The notes under the pieces are model-generated. The model saw only the letters and a list, made by a program, of their open reading frames with translations, was not told the DNA's origin and ran no database searches. The translations under genes were made by a program, and so were the position numbers. DNA of 64,000 bases, from IMG/VR virus record IMGVR_UViG_3300042276_000826, one strand, 5' to 3'. Of this stretch, positions 1 through 9,292 are shown piece by piece. This stretch comes from an uncultured virus (IMG/VR IMGVR_UViG_3300042276_000826) (Duplodnaviria; Heunggongvirae; Uroviricota; Caudoviricetes). Each line of letters begins with the position of its first letter. The first letter of the stretch is position 1.

Positions 1-3000
1 ATTTGCTTGAGCAATTGTTGCACCTATGGTTGCAGCACCTACAACTTTTCCTACAAATGGCATTTTTCTTAGAGTATTAAGAAACCCATTTGTCCTAACA
101 TTTGGATTATCTGGCATCGCCCCTGCTGCTTTTAATTCTGTTTCAGTTGCAAAATTATTAATTTTTGGTTGAGGATTAGGTTTTTTAGGATTTTCTATGT
201 TATCATTAGGCATATCTTTTGAGGAGGATGTCATGTCATCAGCAATTATTGGAGCATTTGTTTTATTTGTACTTGGGTTGGTTGTATCGGCACTTTGGGG
301 TTTTTTTGGTCCAGATGGTTCACGTCCAGATAGAACATAATCAATTCTACTTTTAGCACCTTTGTTATTTTCCATATATTCTTCCACATCGGTAGGGTTT
401 TTTGGATTAAATTTTTTCATCTTTCCATCATCACCTTTGCCTCTAGCATGCCCTGTAAGTTTATCTTTCATTTCATTGAATTTTTTATTAGCCCTACTAA
501 AAGCACCTCTAACTTTACCACCACTAACAACATCAGCAGCAGCTAAAAATCCTGCACCTGCAATTATTCCTTTAACTACTTCTCCTACCGTACCGCTCCC
601 AATAGTATCAATAATTGGGTCATAATTAAATTGTTCGCCTTTATTTTTAACATTTACATCTTCATTCGTTTCTGTTCTGTTTCCTGTAGTTAGACTATTT
701 AATGCTTTTGCCTCAACTGTTGCATCTTCCCCTAATGCACCTGTAAAACTCATTCCTCCTGCAATTAAAGCATTATGAGAATTCATGTTATTTGCATTCA
801 AAAAGGCTTTCGCTTTTGCAAAGTTTTTTGGCATTACTGATAGTGAACCATCTTTATTTTTCGCTAGTAATCCCGACTTCATTAAATCTTTTGTAACGGC
901 TGCACCTCTTTCATCACTCTCTTTGAAAGCTGCCGTAAGCATCTGCCCAACAAAACTTTCTACATATTGTGGATTGTCTTTCATTACATTTTGCATACCT
1001 GAAACATTACCCATTTTAGAATAAGCTTGTAATTCAGTTGCACCTGATACAGTTTTTGTTCCCTCTTTTGTTAAAGTACCTGTGTTGTCAATCATCCCTG
1101 CATCTTGACTACCTTTAAGAGTTGCAGCTGTTGTAGATATTTTTTCTCTTGCAATTTTTTGTTGGAGTTCGACATACCCACCTCCTTTTTGGTTTGCAAA
1201 ATCAATAGTTGCTATACTACTACTTGTTTTCCCCTCTGCTAGTTCTTTTGCAACTGATTTAATCGCATCCTCTATTTTTTTAACACCCATTTCTTTTGCT
1301 TTTTCTTTGTAAGCTTTTAAATCACCTTCTACTGAGCCTTCTTGCTGTGCAGCTTTGATAATACTGTCTTTATAATCTGTCTGAACTGCATTCTCAATAC
1401 CGCCTTGAGTTTTTATCTTCGCCATAGTCTTATGAATATTGCTCATTTCACCATATTTAGAAGCATCTCTATACACATCATTCCCAAATTCCTCACGGTT
1501 TCGTTTGATTGCGTGTCCTTTTCCAATTTCACTTTCAATGCCTGCGGAACTTACTCTTTGAATAGCACTCATATCATCTCTTGTTAGATTTAATCGTCCT
1601 GCTCCTAAAGTTTTGTTTGCACCAATTCTTCCCATGTTTTCTGAACCTTTTGCAAATTGATCCACTTCTGAATTTGAAACACCCCTAGAAACACCCATTG
1701 AGCTTAAATCTTTCCCTAAACCTTCTATTGCACGTCCTCGTCCAACATCGCTTGCGTTCCAATTTGTACTGTTTCTAAGAGATGAAGTATTGTTTGTCAT
1801 GTGACCTTGCACTTGCCCATCTTGATAACCAACATTGGCTGCACTGTTAAATGAAGCAGTTGCTCCATAGCCTGCTGTTTGATTAATCATATTGGCACTT
1901 TGCTTCATGTTACCACTTGCGTATGCCTCTGCTTTATCATAGCTTGCCATTGCCCCTGCTGCTTGTCCTAAACCTTTCATTCCGTTCATAACAGATTGAT
2001 AGTATTCTAAGGGCATTCGCCCTTTTGGAATATTGTCAATACCCATTTTAGATAATTTAGCCATTGCTTCTTCGTCATTTTGAATGCCTGCAACTGTTTT
2101 TTGACGTGCTGCTGAGTTTGCTGCTTTTTCTCTTGCTGTTGCAACATCATTTCCAATATATCTATTGGATAAACCTTGTATAGAAGATACGGCCATTGTT
2201 AAATCGCCTTTGAATACAATCGCAGGGATTAAGAAAATGGCACTTAGTCCTAACATACCCATAATCCCTTCCATAGTGGCAATATAATCTAAATAAGCAG
2301 GTATTTTGGTAATAGAGACTGCATTATCGCCAAACTCTGCCATTTTATCTACTGCCCCTATTGCAGCGTAAAACAAAACAAGGTTGTTTACAAGAGCCAT
2401 TGAAATTCTAATTGACTCAAATTGTATAAATCCCACAAAGTAGTTTTTAGCAATCGCAAAGCCTCCTCCAAAGCCTCGTGCAACTAAAAAGATTAAAGAT
2501 AAAATTGATGCAGCAACAATAGCTGAAAATAAAAAGTGCATAGCGTATGGCAATATCTCAACCGTCCATTTAAAACGCCCTAGCCCTTCACCTTGCAATT
2601 GTGCAGTTGAAGCTTTACCTGTAATGTTGTTTGCTATTTCAATTCCTGACATTCCCGAATTTCTATAGCTGTTGCTAACTGATGCTTCAACCAAAGGCGT
2701 TACTGCGTAATTTTGCATAAATATAGATAGTTGCTCAACCGAACCTCCTATAACATTGCTTGTCATATCTGCTAAAAGTATTCTTGAACTTGCATCAAGG
2801 TCTGATAAATTTGCTACTTTTGTTATCTCTTGTATTCTGTTTTTAACAGCAGGCTGAATAGCTAACAAATTTGGAGTGACACTGCTTGTATAAAAAGCTG
2901 AACATGATTGACTAAAAGGAACACCATCTTTATCTGTTGTTGATACAGATAAAGAAGCAGGCAAGCTTAAATTTGAAGGACTTAAAGCATCAAAAATATC

Positions 3001-3723
3001 GCCATCGGGTGATACCATTGCTTTTTTAACAAGAGGTGATATAGCCGATGCAGGAATAATACATTGCGTAATATAGTCTTTAAAGTATTTAGAAAAAAGC
3101 ATTGCAGCTTCTTTTGAAGCATCATCGTCACCTACATTTTCAATAGAGAATTGCTTAAGCAGCTTATTTGACATTTCAAAAATTGAACCAAAGCCCAAAG
3201 AAGCAAACCCCACTTTTCCAATGTCTTCCATTCCCGAATAGTTAATTGTGTTGCCTTGAAACGCTGCTTCAATCACATCTATAACATCCGAACTTACTGT
3301 TGTTGCGATTGAAGGGGCAAGAGCTGTAAGAAAAGGCACATTTGAAACCTTTTCATACCCTAAAGTTACTTCGGTATATTGAGGACTTAGCATCCCGTAG
3401 TCTAATCTTTTGTCTATAATATGTACATCTACTGGCACAAGCAAAATACTTACTGCCCCAACTGTAAAAACACCCGTTTTTGTTGCTGAACCAAAATCTG
3501 CTCTAAACAAAAGTGCAAAAGTTGTTACGACTGCTGCACTAAATACTCCTAGCCAAACCATTGTTTTGTAAATATCGTGTCCTGTAACCATAGCGATTGA
3601 ATTAAATACAGCAGCAATAGGCCTTACATCACCGTGTAAATAAATTGGAAATTCACTTATATATGTTGTTGCGAACAAACTTAATGGCGAAAAAATTAAC
3701 AGTAAAAGCAGTATTCTTTTCAT
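1..3723 (-). CDS. traG: TraG-like mating-pair stabilisation protein (TraG_N type), runs off the window start
   Basis: Not in the ORF track because it is open-ended. ATG at 3723 overlaps the upstream stop (ATGA). Reads MKRILLLLLIFSPLSLFA...IYLHGDVRPIAAVFNSIAMV...VHIIDKR...VSNVPF, then TM segments and a long Ala/Gly/Ser-rich tail. Both ends checked in the same frame; 1241 codons in the window; directly downstream of traLEK. Confidence 0.75.
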   Translation of the reverse strand, partial: MKRILLLLLIFSPLSLFATTYISEFPIYLHGDVRPIAAVFNSIAMVTGHDIYKTMVWLGVFSAAVVTTFALLFRADFGSATKTGVFTVGAVSILLVPVDVHIIDKRLDYGMLSPQYTEVTLGYEKVSNVPFLTALAPSIATTVSSDVIDVIEAAFQGNTINYSGMEDIGKVGFASLGFGSIFEMSNKLLKQFSIENVGDDDASKEAAMLFSKYFKDYITQCIIPASAISPLVKKAMVSPDGDIFDALSPSNLSLPASLSVSTTDKDGVPFSQSCSAFYTSSVTPNLLAIQPAVKNRIQEITKVANLSDLDASSRILLADMTSNVIGGSVEQLSIFMQNYAVTPLVEASVSNSYRNSGMSGIEIANNITGKASTAQLQGEGLGRFKWTVEILPYAMHFLFSAIVAASILSLIFLVARGFGGGFAIAKNYFVGFIQFESIRISMALVNNLVLFYAAIGAVDKMAEFGDNAVSITKIPAYLDYIATMEGIMGMLGLSAIFLIPAIVFKGDLTMAVSSIQGLSNRYIGNDVATAREKAANSAARQKTVAGIQNDEEAMAKLSKMGIDNIPKGRMPLEYYQSVMNGMKGLGQAAGAMASYDKAEAYASGNMKQSANMINQTAGYGATASFNSAANVGYQDGQVQGHMTNNTSSLRNSTNWNASDVGRGRAIEGLGKDLSSMGVSRGVSNSEVDQFAKGSENMGRIGANKTLGAGRLNLTRDDMSAIQRVSSAGIESEIGKGHAIKRNREEFGNDVYRDASKYGEMSNIHKTMAKIKTQGGIENAVQTDYKDSIIKAAQQEGSVEGDLKAYKEKAKEMGVKKIEDAIKSVAKELAEGKTSSSIATIDFANQKGGGYVELQQKIAREKISTTAATLKGSQDAGMIDNTGTLTKEGTKTVSGATELQAYSKMGNVSGMQNVMKDNPQYVESFVGQMLTAAFKESDERGAAVTKDLMKSGLLAKNKDGSLSVMPKNFAKAKAFLNANNMNSHNALIAGGMSFTGALGEDATVEAKALNSLTTGNRTETNEDVNVKNKGEQFNYDPIIDTIGSGTVGEVVKGIIAGAGFLAAADVVSGGKVRGAFSRANKKFNEMKDKLTGHARGKGDDGKMKKFNPKNPTDVEEYMENNKGAKSRIDYVLSGREPSGPKKPQSADTTNPSTNKTNAPIIADDMTSSSKDMPNDNIENPKKPNPQPKINNFATETELKAAGAMPDNPNVRTNGFLNTLRKMPFVGKVVGAATIGATIAQAN

Positions 3724-4019
3724 TTCTCTTCTTCTTTTCTTCTTTTTGCAATGGTGTAGTAACGTGCATCTATTGAAATTGACAAGTATCTGCTTGCAAT
3801 TACAACAACTAAAATATAGATAAAAAATGGCAATTTTGAGTCCGAAATAGAACTCCCTCCATTAATGACAAGAAATAAATAAATCGCAATAAAGGGCAAG
3901 GTTAAACAAAAAAAATTAAGCATTGTTTTTTTTGCCATTTCTTTCTCGGTAAGATGGTCTTTAAATAAAGCCTCAATCTCTAACGCTTTTTTCCCTTTTA
4001 TCCAATTTAAGACTCTCAT
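3720..4019 (-). CDS. small two-TM membrane protein in tra operon
   Basis: 99 aa, two hydrophobic helices, translationally coupled to traG. Confidence 0.65.
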   Translation of the reverse strand: MRVLNWIKGKKALEIEALFKDHLTEKEMAKKTMLNFFCLTLPFIAIYLFLVINGGSSISDSKLPFFIYILVVVIASRYLSISIDARYYTIAKRRKEEEK

Positions 4020-4030
4020 AATTTTCTCTT

Positions 4031-4888
4031 TTAAATATCTTTAACAACCACAAAAACTCGTGTCTTCTCGTTAGGCTTTAAAATACGCCCTAGCTTTTCA
4101 ACTGACACTGCATACACATTGCCTTTTTGGTAAAACATTTTTTCTTCAATTTTGAAATCCTCATTTGAAGTGTTTAAAAAAGTGTAAGCTCTTAAGTTAT
4201 AGTTTTTCCCAACCAATATTGAGTCAAGTTGAAGTAAATAGTTATCACTCTCCTCAAAACTATTTAAAATTTCTTTGGTGTACCCTTTTGGTGTTTCATT
4301 AAGATAACCACTTAACATCAGTTTTTTAATTACTGTTTCGTGTCTTTGCCCTTCAAAAGCGATAAGTTCTTTTTCGGGTGTTGAATAATCAATAAATTTA
4401 TAGTAATCATTGGTATCGCTCGTGTGTTTTTCAACCTTAATGTTTAACATTACGGGATAATCTTTAAAACCCCAAACAATTGCTTTTGTGCTTCCTGTTT
4501 GCGATGGTCTTATCTCGATAATATTTCCATCTTTGGATTTTTTTACATGAAGAGGCTTAGTATTCTTTTTGGGCGTTTCTGCCAACGGGTTCTTTTTGAC
4601 AACTGTAACCTCTTGTCCATTAATGACTCTTTTTTCTGTTATTTTTGGAACTTTAATATCACTGCTTTCAACCTCATCATTTTGTTTTAATTCATTTTTT
4701 GAAATGAAAGTAATCCTCTTAAACGGGTCGAATTGTAAATCAATGATTTTAAACGGAAATTCAAGCACGGTGGTGCTGTGATTAGATAGCGTTATATTGA
4801 TTGTTCTCTCAAGTGGATAATCTTTTGCACTAAGGTTAATTCCAAACAGTAAGATGCTAGAAACAATCAGATGCGAAATTTTCAACAT
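4031..4888 (-). CDS. traK: F-type T4SS secretin-like TraK
   Basis: Signal peptide; C-terminal LDSILVGKNYNLRAYTFLN...FYQ..VYAVSVE..ILKPNEKTRVFVV typical of TraK; order after traL-traE. Confidence 0.7.
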   Translation of the reverse strand: MLKISHLIVSSILLFGINLSAKDYPLERTINITLSNHSTTVLEFPFKIIDLQFDPFKRITFISKNELKQNDEVESSDIKVPKITEKRVINGQEVTVVKKNPLAETPKKNTKPLHVKKSKDGNIIEIRPSQTGSTKAIVWGFKDYPVMLNIKVEKHTSDTNDYYKFIDYSTPEKELIAFEGQRHETVIKKLMLSGYLNETPKGYTKEILNSFEESDNYLLQLDSILVGKNYNLRAYTFLNTSNEDFKIEEKMFYQKGNVYAVSVEKLGRILKPNEKTRVFVVVKDI

Positions 4889-5507
4889 AAGTAAGCCCCC
4901 CTTTTCTAAAATATTCTATACTTACAGTACATTTTTTTGGTTCATCAATATAACTACTTCCAAAATGTTTAACCATTTCGCCTGTTGCACTTACAGTGTA
5001 AACTTCTTTTCCGTAAGCATTTTTCTCTTCATTTTTATTTACGGCCCATCCATTGTCATTAGGAATTCTAAATTGGCCTTTAATGTTATTTTCATCAACA
5101 AGAAGTATAAAATTGTCGATTTCCTCTTTTTTATTTAAATACGCATCTTCTGTCATTTTATTAGCCAAATAAGCCATTTTTTGAGAAATATTCTTTTTGT
5201 CAAACTGTACGAATGTTTGAATGATGTCATACATTCCCCACGCCATGTAAAAATCTTCATTAGCAAAATTGTTTCCAACTTCAATTGTTCCTGTGTGATA
5301 GTTAATCGCAGGCATGTCTAATTTGACATGATTAGTCTCACGTAAACTTAAATATCCATACGTTGCAAAGCTATTCCACAAAAAAAGAATTAAAAAAATT
5401 AACCACAATATTTTGTTGTTTAAAATCTTCTTGTCAAGCTCATCTTTATATTCACGGCCAAATACAATTTTGCTCAACTTGTTAACCATTGGGTGCTCAT
5501 CACTCAT
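4857..5507 (-). CDS. traE: F-type T4SS TraE
   Basis: 216 aa, single N-terminal TM then periplasmic domain; between traL and traK. Confidence 0.65.
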   Translation of the reverse strand: MSDEHPMVNKLSKIVFGREYKDELDKKILNNKILWLIFLILFLWNSFATYGYLSLRETNHVKLDMPAINYHTGTIEVGNNFANEDFYMAWGMYDIIQTFVQFDKKNISQKMAYLANKMTEDAYLNKKEEIDNFILLVDENNIKGQFRIPNDNGWAVNKNEEKNAYGKEVYTVSATGEMVKHFGSSYIDEPKKCTVSIEYFRKGGLTYVENFASDCF

Positions 5508-5519
5508 GCACTGCTCCTT

Positions 5520-5867
5520 TTAATCTGTAAATTCTCTTATATATCCACTTGGGTAAAAATCTTCATCATCTCTAAAGTGTAGTTCTGGGTACTCTTCAAA
5601 GTCTTTTTTAGGCTTCATAATTCCATTTTTGTATAAAAAATGCCGAATAAAGCCTGGTGCTTTTTCATACTTTGCAATTTCAAACACTTGCATTGCTTTA
5701 AAGCCCAAATAAAAAGAAATTGGAATAGCAAAAATCATCATAAAAACTTTTGACAATACCCATAAAACAGCAATGGCTGTGCCAAACATTGCGAGCATCA
5801 TATCTGCCTCAAAAACAAAAAGAAGCCTTGCTCTGTCAATATACTGTGGAAACTTTACTTTTCTCAT
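5520..5867 (-). CDS. traL: F-type T4SS TraL
   Basis: FPQYID..RLLFVFEAD, TM pair, PGFIRHFLY..G, PSGYIREF are characteristic TraL motifs. Confidence 0.8.
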   Translation of the reverse strand: MRKVKFPQYIDRARLLFVFEADMMLAMFGTAIAVLWVLSKVFMMIFAIPISFYLGFKAMQVFEIAKYEKAPGFIRHFLYKNGIMKPKKDFEEYPELHFRDDEDFYPSGYIREFTD

Positions 5868-5906
5868 TTTAATCCTTGAGAAACAAGAGTCAAAACGACT
5901 CTTGTT

Positions 5907-6197
5907 TTATGGGGTTGTGGTTGCACCATTGCCAAATTGCTGAATTACACCATTTGCTAAATCGGGTGACATCGCAAACACAATCGCACCAATTAAAATA
6001 ATAATAGGGATGATAATATTTTTTTGAATAATCATTGTAAGTGCAGCAATAACAATTCCACCTACAATAAACAACCATCCAATATCACCCGAAACTTGCT
6101 GCGATGCGGTATCTTTTAATATTTCAGTTGCATTTTTTCCAAAAGCAGCACTTACAGCTGTAAACATCATTAACATAAACATAAATAGTTTTTTCAT
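5907..6197 (-). CDS. traA: conjugative pilin (TraA-like)
   Basis: 96 aa, signal peptide plus two hydrophobic helices, directly upstream of traL. Confidence 0.65.
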   Translation of the reverse strand: MKKLFMFMLMMFTAVSAAFGKNATEILKDTASQQVSGDIGWLFIVGGIVIAALTMIIQKNIIIPIIILIGAIVFAMSPDLANGVIQQFGNGATTTP

Positions 6198-6290
6198 TTT
6201 CTTCCTTTTTTATAGTTTTATTTTTAAAGCCTTTTGATTAAAACTTAAAATTTTAAGGCGGTTGGCTTTGAATAGTAACTGTAGTTTTCA

Positions 6291-7130
6291 TTATCTGTGT
6301 ACCTCAAAATCATCAAGCGTATCGTTCATAATATCCCCTGCAACGTCTGCATTAATCTCACTGATAGTTCTTGCATCAATGATGGCTTGTCTTTGCTCTT
6401 TTTGGGCTTTCATGCTAAATTTGTAAACAGCAATGTAGTACATAAAAAAATAAAAAACCCCTATGAGAATAATTGCAATGAAGTATTTTTGAAAATCAAT
6501 GAAATCAACGACTGATTTTAAAAACTTGACTTCTGGTTCAAAAAAAGAAAAATTCCCTTGAATAAGCATATATACGCTCATGGCAATAAGTATAAACAGT
6601 GCGACTAAAGAGAAACTTTCGTACCCTTTCCATGAGTTTTTCATAATCTTGTAGTATTTGTTTGTAACTTTCTCTACCACAAATCTTCTTGAACGATAAA
6701 TGATATACGCATCAAAAAGAATGCTTCCAAATAAAAGCAATCCAAAGCCTATGCCTGCGTAAAATAACCCTTTTCCATCATAGTGATTACCAAAGAAAAA
6801 TGGAATAATTAGCATTAAACAAACAAAGGTCACAATATTATATGAAACAGGAAACATCATTGTAGTATAGAGTTTTCTAAAGCCTGCATCGGTCATAGAT
6901 GAAGTTTCAATATCTCTGTTTTTATTAATGTCTCTGTTTTGCTCCTTCCAAAGTTTCTGAATTCCATCTTCTAAAAGTTGAATTGTAACCTTAAAGTGGT
7001 AATCATGGTCGTTAATTATCTCATGGTGTCCTTTTCCATTCTTTCCGCCTTTTCCACCCTCGACGTTTCCCATGTGTGAAATATCGCCAAGAGCTTCTGC
7101 ACCATGTGAGTCATAGACAACATTGCTCAT
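6291..7130 (-). CDS. four-TM membrane protein, unknown function
   Basis: 279 aa ORF with four hydrophobic segments; coupled to the 68-aa ORF 7127-7333. Confidence 0.65.
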   Translation of the reverse strand: MSNVVYDSHGAEALGDISHMGNVEGGKGGKNGKGHHEIINDHDYHFKVTIQLLEDGIQKLWKEQNRDINKNRDIETSSMTDAGFRKLYTTMMFPVSYNIVTFVCLMLIIPFFFGNHYDGKGLFYAGIGFGLLLFGSILFDAYIIYRSRRFVVEKVTNKYYKIMKNSWKGYESFSLVALFILIAMSVYMLIQGNFSFFEPEVKFLKSVVDFIDFQKYFIAIILIGVFYFFMYYIAVYKFSMKAQKEQRQAIIDARTISEINADVAGDIMNDTLDDFEVHR

Positions 7131-7423
7131 AATTCAATCTCCTTTCGCCAACTAACAACTAAATCTTTGCTTTTTTCAATAAGCTCAAGCATTGTTTTTC
7201 TTTTTTTGATATAGCTTTCTGGCTCAATTAAACCTTTTTCAAACGCAAGAGTAAGCTTGTTAACATAAGCTTCAATCTCAATTACAAGTTCGACTGAAAT
7301 ATTTGACTCTTCGTTTTGAAACTTCTTTTTCAATTCTCAATCCTAAAAGCTTTTTGATAATAATAGTAAATTATTTATTAAATGAATATAAATTATTAAA
7401 ACAAAATAAGAGTTTGTGATATT

Positions 7424-7960
7424 TTATTTGAGAAAAAAATGGGGGTATTGGACAAAACCAATCAAAATGCCTGCAATAAGTGCAGCAATTAACAAGTATT
7501 CAGTCAATGAATTGGTGTAAAATCTTAGAAAACGGGGCATCAAAGCAATTGTCTTTCCTCTAAAAAATGGAAAAAAATATCCCCTAATACCTCCTTTAGT
7601 AAGCATATCGCCTGCCGTATGAGCAAAAACTCCTACGCCAAGTGAAAAGAAAACTAATTTGACAATAGGGTCTTTTTCAAAATATGAAACAGTCAATAAA
7701 AGCAAAGGAATGATAAAAAAATGAGTTATTCCTCGATGTTTAATAAAAATAGCAAGCACGTTTGAGAATATTGGAATTTTTCTTCCAATATAGCTGCCTG
7801 GTTCGTCAATATCTGGCAAGACTGAACCAAACAACACAAGCATGTAATAAATTAATTGCTCATGTCTGCTTAATGTATCAATAAGCTCAAACTGCTCGCC
7901 ATAATACAATGCAGTTGCAGCAATAGGGATTGATAAAACCATGTGCCCTTTTGCTGTCAT
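7424..7960 (-). CDS. membrane metal-dependent hydrolase (YdjM-like)
   Basis: Motifs GH, GSVLPDID, HRGITH, HTAGDMLT..G. Confidence 0.85.
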   Translation of the reverse strand: MTAKGHMVLSIPIAATALYYGEQFELIDTLSRHEQLIYYMLVLFGSVLPDIDEPGSYIGRKIPIFSNVLAIFIKHRGITHFFIIPLLLLTVSYFEKDPIVKLVFFSLGVGVFAHTAGDMLTKGGIRGYFFPFFRGKTIALMPRFLRFYTNSLTEYLLIAALIAGILIGFVQYPHFFLK

Positions 7961-8718
7961 TGTTTTTTTCTCTCTTTAAGTTCAAGTATTTTTTTTCTTT
8001 TGAATATAATCTCTGCATACTCATCGTCTCGTGCCGAAAAGTCTGCTTTTTTCAAAAGTTCCAAAAATATATTATGCTCATTCTCATCTTTATCGTGATG
8101 CTTATTTAAGCAGTTATAAACCAATTCTTGTAAATCATGGTTTATATCATCATCTAGTGCAAAAATCCTATTTTGTATTAAGGATTTTGCATAGTTCGCA
8201 CTTATCTTGTGATGCTTGTCTTCATTTTTTGCTTCTTGTTGATGTTCTTTTTTTGCAATTTCAGATTTTCCTACATCATGCAATAAAGCCAAAAGAATGC
8301 AAATATCTCTTGTGCTCTGAGGCAACTCCCTTGTTATCTCAATCATTTTTAGGACAACATTCATCGTATGGCTAAATAAATCAATTTCTCCTAAAATTAT
8401 ATATCGCTTGTCATACTCACAAATAGCATGAGAATGTTTTGGTCCTACAGATGAAGTATTTTTCAAGTCATATCTGTCAAAGTCAATAAAAATTTGTCGA
8501 AATAAAAATTTAAAGTTTCTAGTGCACGATAATACGAATTCCAATGAAGTATGAAATTCATTATCGTGAACTAGGGGTCTAATATCAAAAATATTATGGT
8601 TGTTTTCTAATCCCCTCTTTTGATTAGAAATAGTATCAATACTCCTATCATAAATTGCATCATTAACTAAAACTGTTCCTTTTAGTTTTTGCCAAAATTC
8701 AATAGGGTCTAATTTCAT
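7957..8718 (-). CDS. HD-domain protein, possible MOBH-like relaxase
   Basis: HSH, LFSHTMNV, LLHDVGK, HHKIS, HHD, LKKAD motifs; next to the tra genes. Confidence 0.6.
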   Translation of the reverse strand: MKLDPIEFWQKLKGTVLVNDAIYDRSIDTISNQKRGLENNHNIFDIRPLVHDNEFHTSLEFVLSCTRNFKFLFRQIFIDFDRYDLKNTSSVGPKHSHAICEYDKRYIILGEIDLFSHTMNVVLKMIEITRELPQSTRDICILLALLHDVGKSEIAKKEHQQEAKNEDKHHKISANYAKSLIQNRIFALDDDINHDLQELVYNCLNKHHDKDENEHNIFLELLKKADFSARDDEYAEIIFKRKKILELKERKKQ

Positions 8719-9137
8719 TACGCTGCTTTATAGTTATATGCTTTTTTAATCAACTTTTTAAGTTCATTAAGTGTTTTTGAATATTGCTCTTCATCAAAAC
8801 ATTCTGTTTCAATTTCTGCAATATTTAAATCTATACAAACTTTTTTTCCGTTGTGAAGATAAACGTCTGCATTAAAATCTTCATAATTGATTTTAACTTT
8901 TTTAATTTCTTTCTCTTTGCAAGAGAAGTCACCTTCTTTAATTGCAACTATTTTTCCTACTGTTTTAAATGATGCAAACAATTCGCTGCATAATTGCATG
9001 TAATCATTTTCCTTAAAACAAAACAATTCTGAATTGGTTTCCAATTCACAACAAAATAATTTTTCATTGTCTTCATAATCTTCATAAATAAAAAGATTGA
9101 AGCTTTTATCTTTGAAATCCAAAATACTTTTTTTCAA
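8718..9137 (-). CDS. hypothetical protein
   Basis: 139 aa, TTG start with AGGAG RBS. Confidence 0.55.
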   Translation of the reverse strand: MKKSILDFKDKSFNLFIYEDYEDNEKLFCCELETNSELFCFKENDYMQLCSELFASFKTVGKIVAIKEGDFSCKEKEIKKVKINYEDFNADVYLHNGKKVCIDLNIAEIETECFDEEQYSKTLNELKKLIKKAYNYKAA

Positions 9138-9292
9138 TTTTCCTCCTTTAAATTATTTGTTACAATTCAGATTATAATATGTTTTTTGTTTAAAATAAAT
9201 TAATATTTGGCTTAAAATTAATAATTTTTGTAATTTTGTGTAAAAATATTCAAACAATTTAAAGAAATTCGCTTTAGTCAAGCCAATACTAG

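Noticed and set aside
362..1587. Plus-strand ORFs 362-625, 785-1024, 1342-1587 and similar short antisense ORFs elsewhere (e.g. 40893-41471)
   Set aside because: Shadows of longer opposite-strand genes, with no RBS or recognisable motifs
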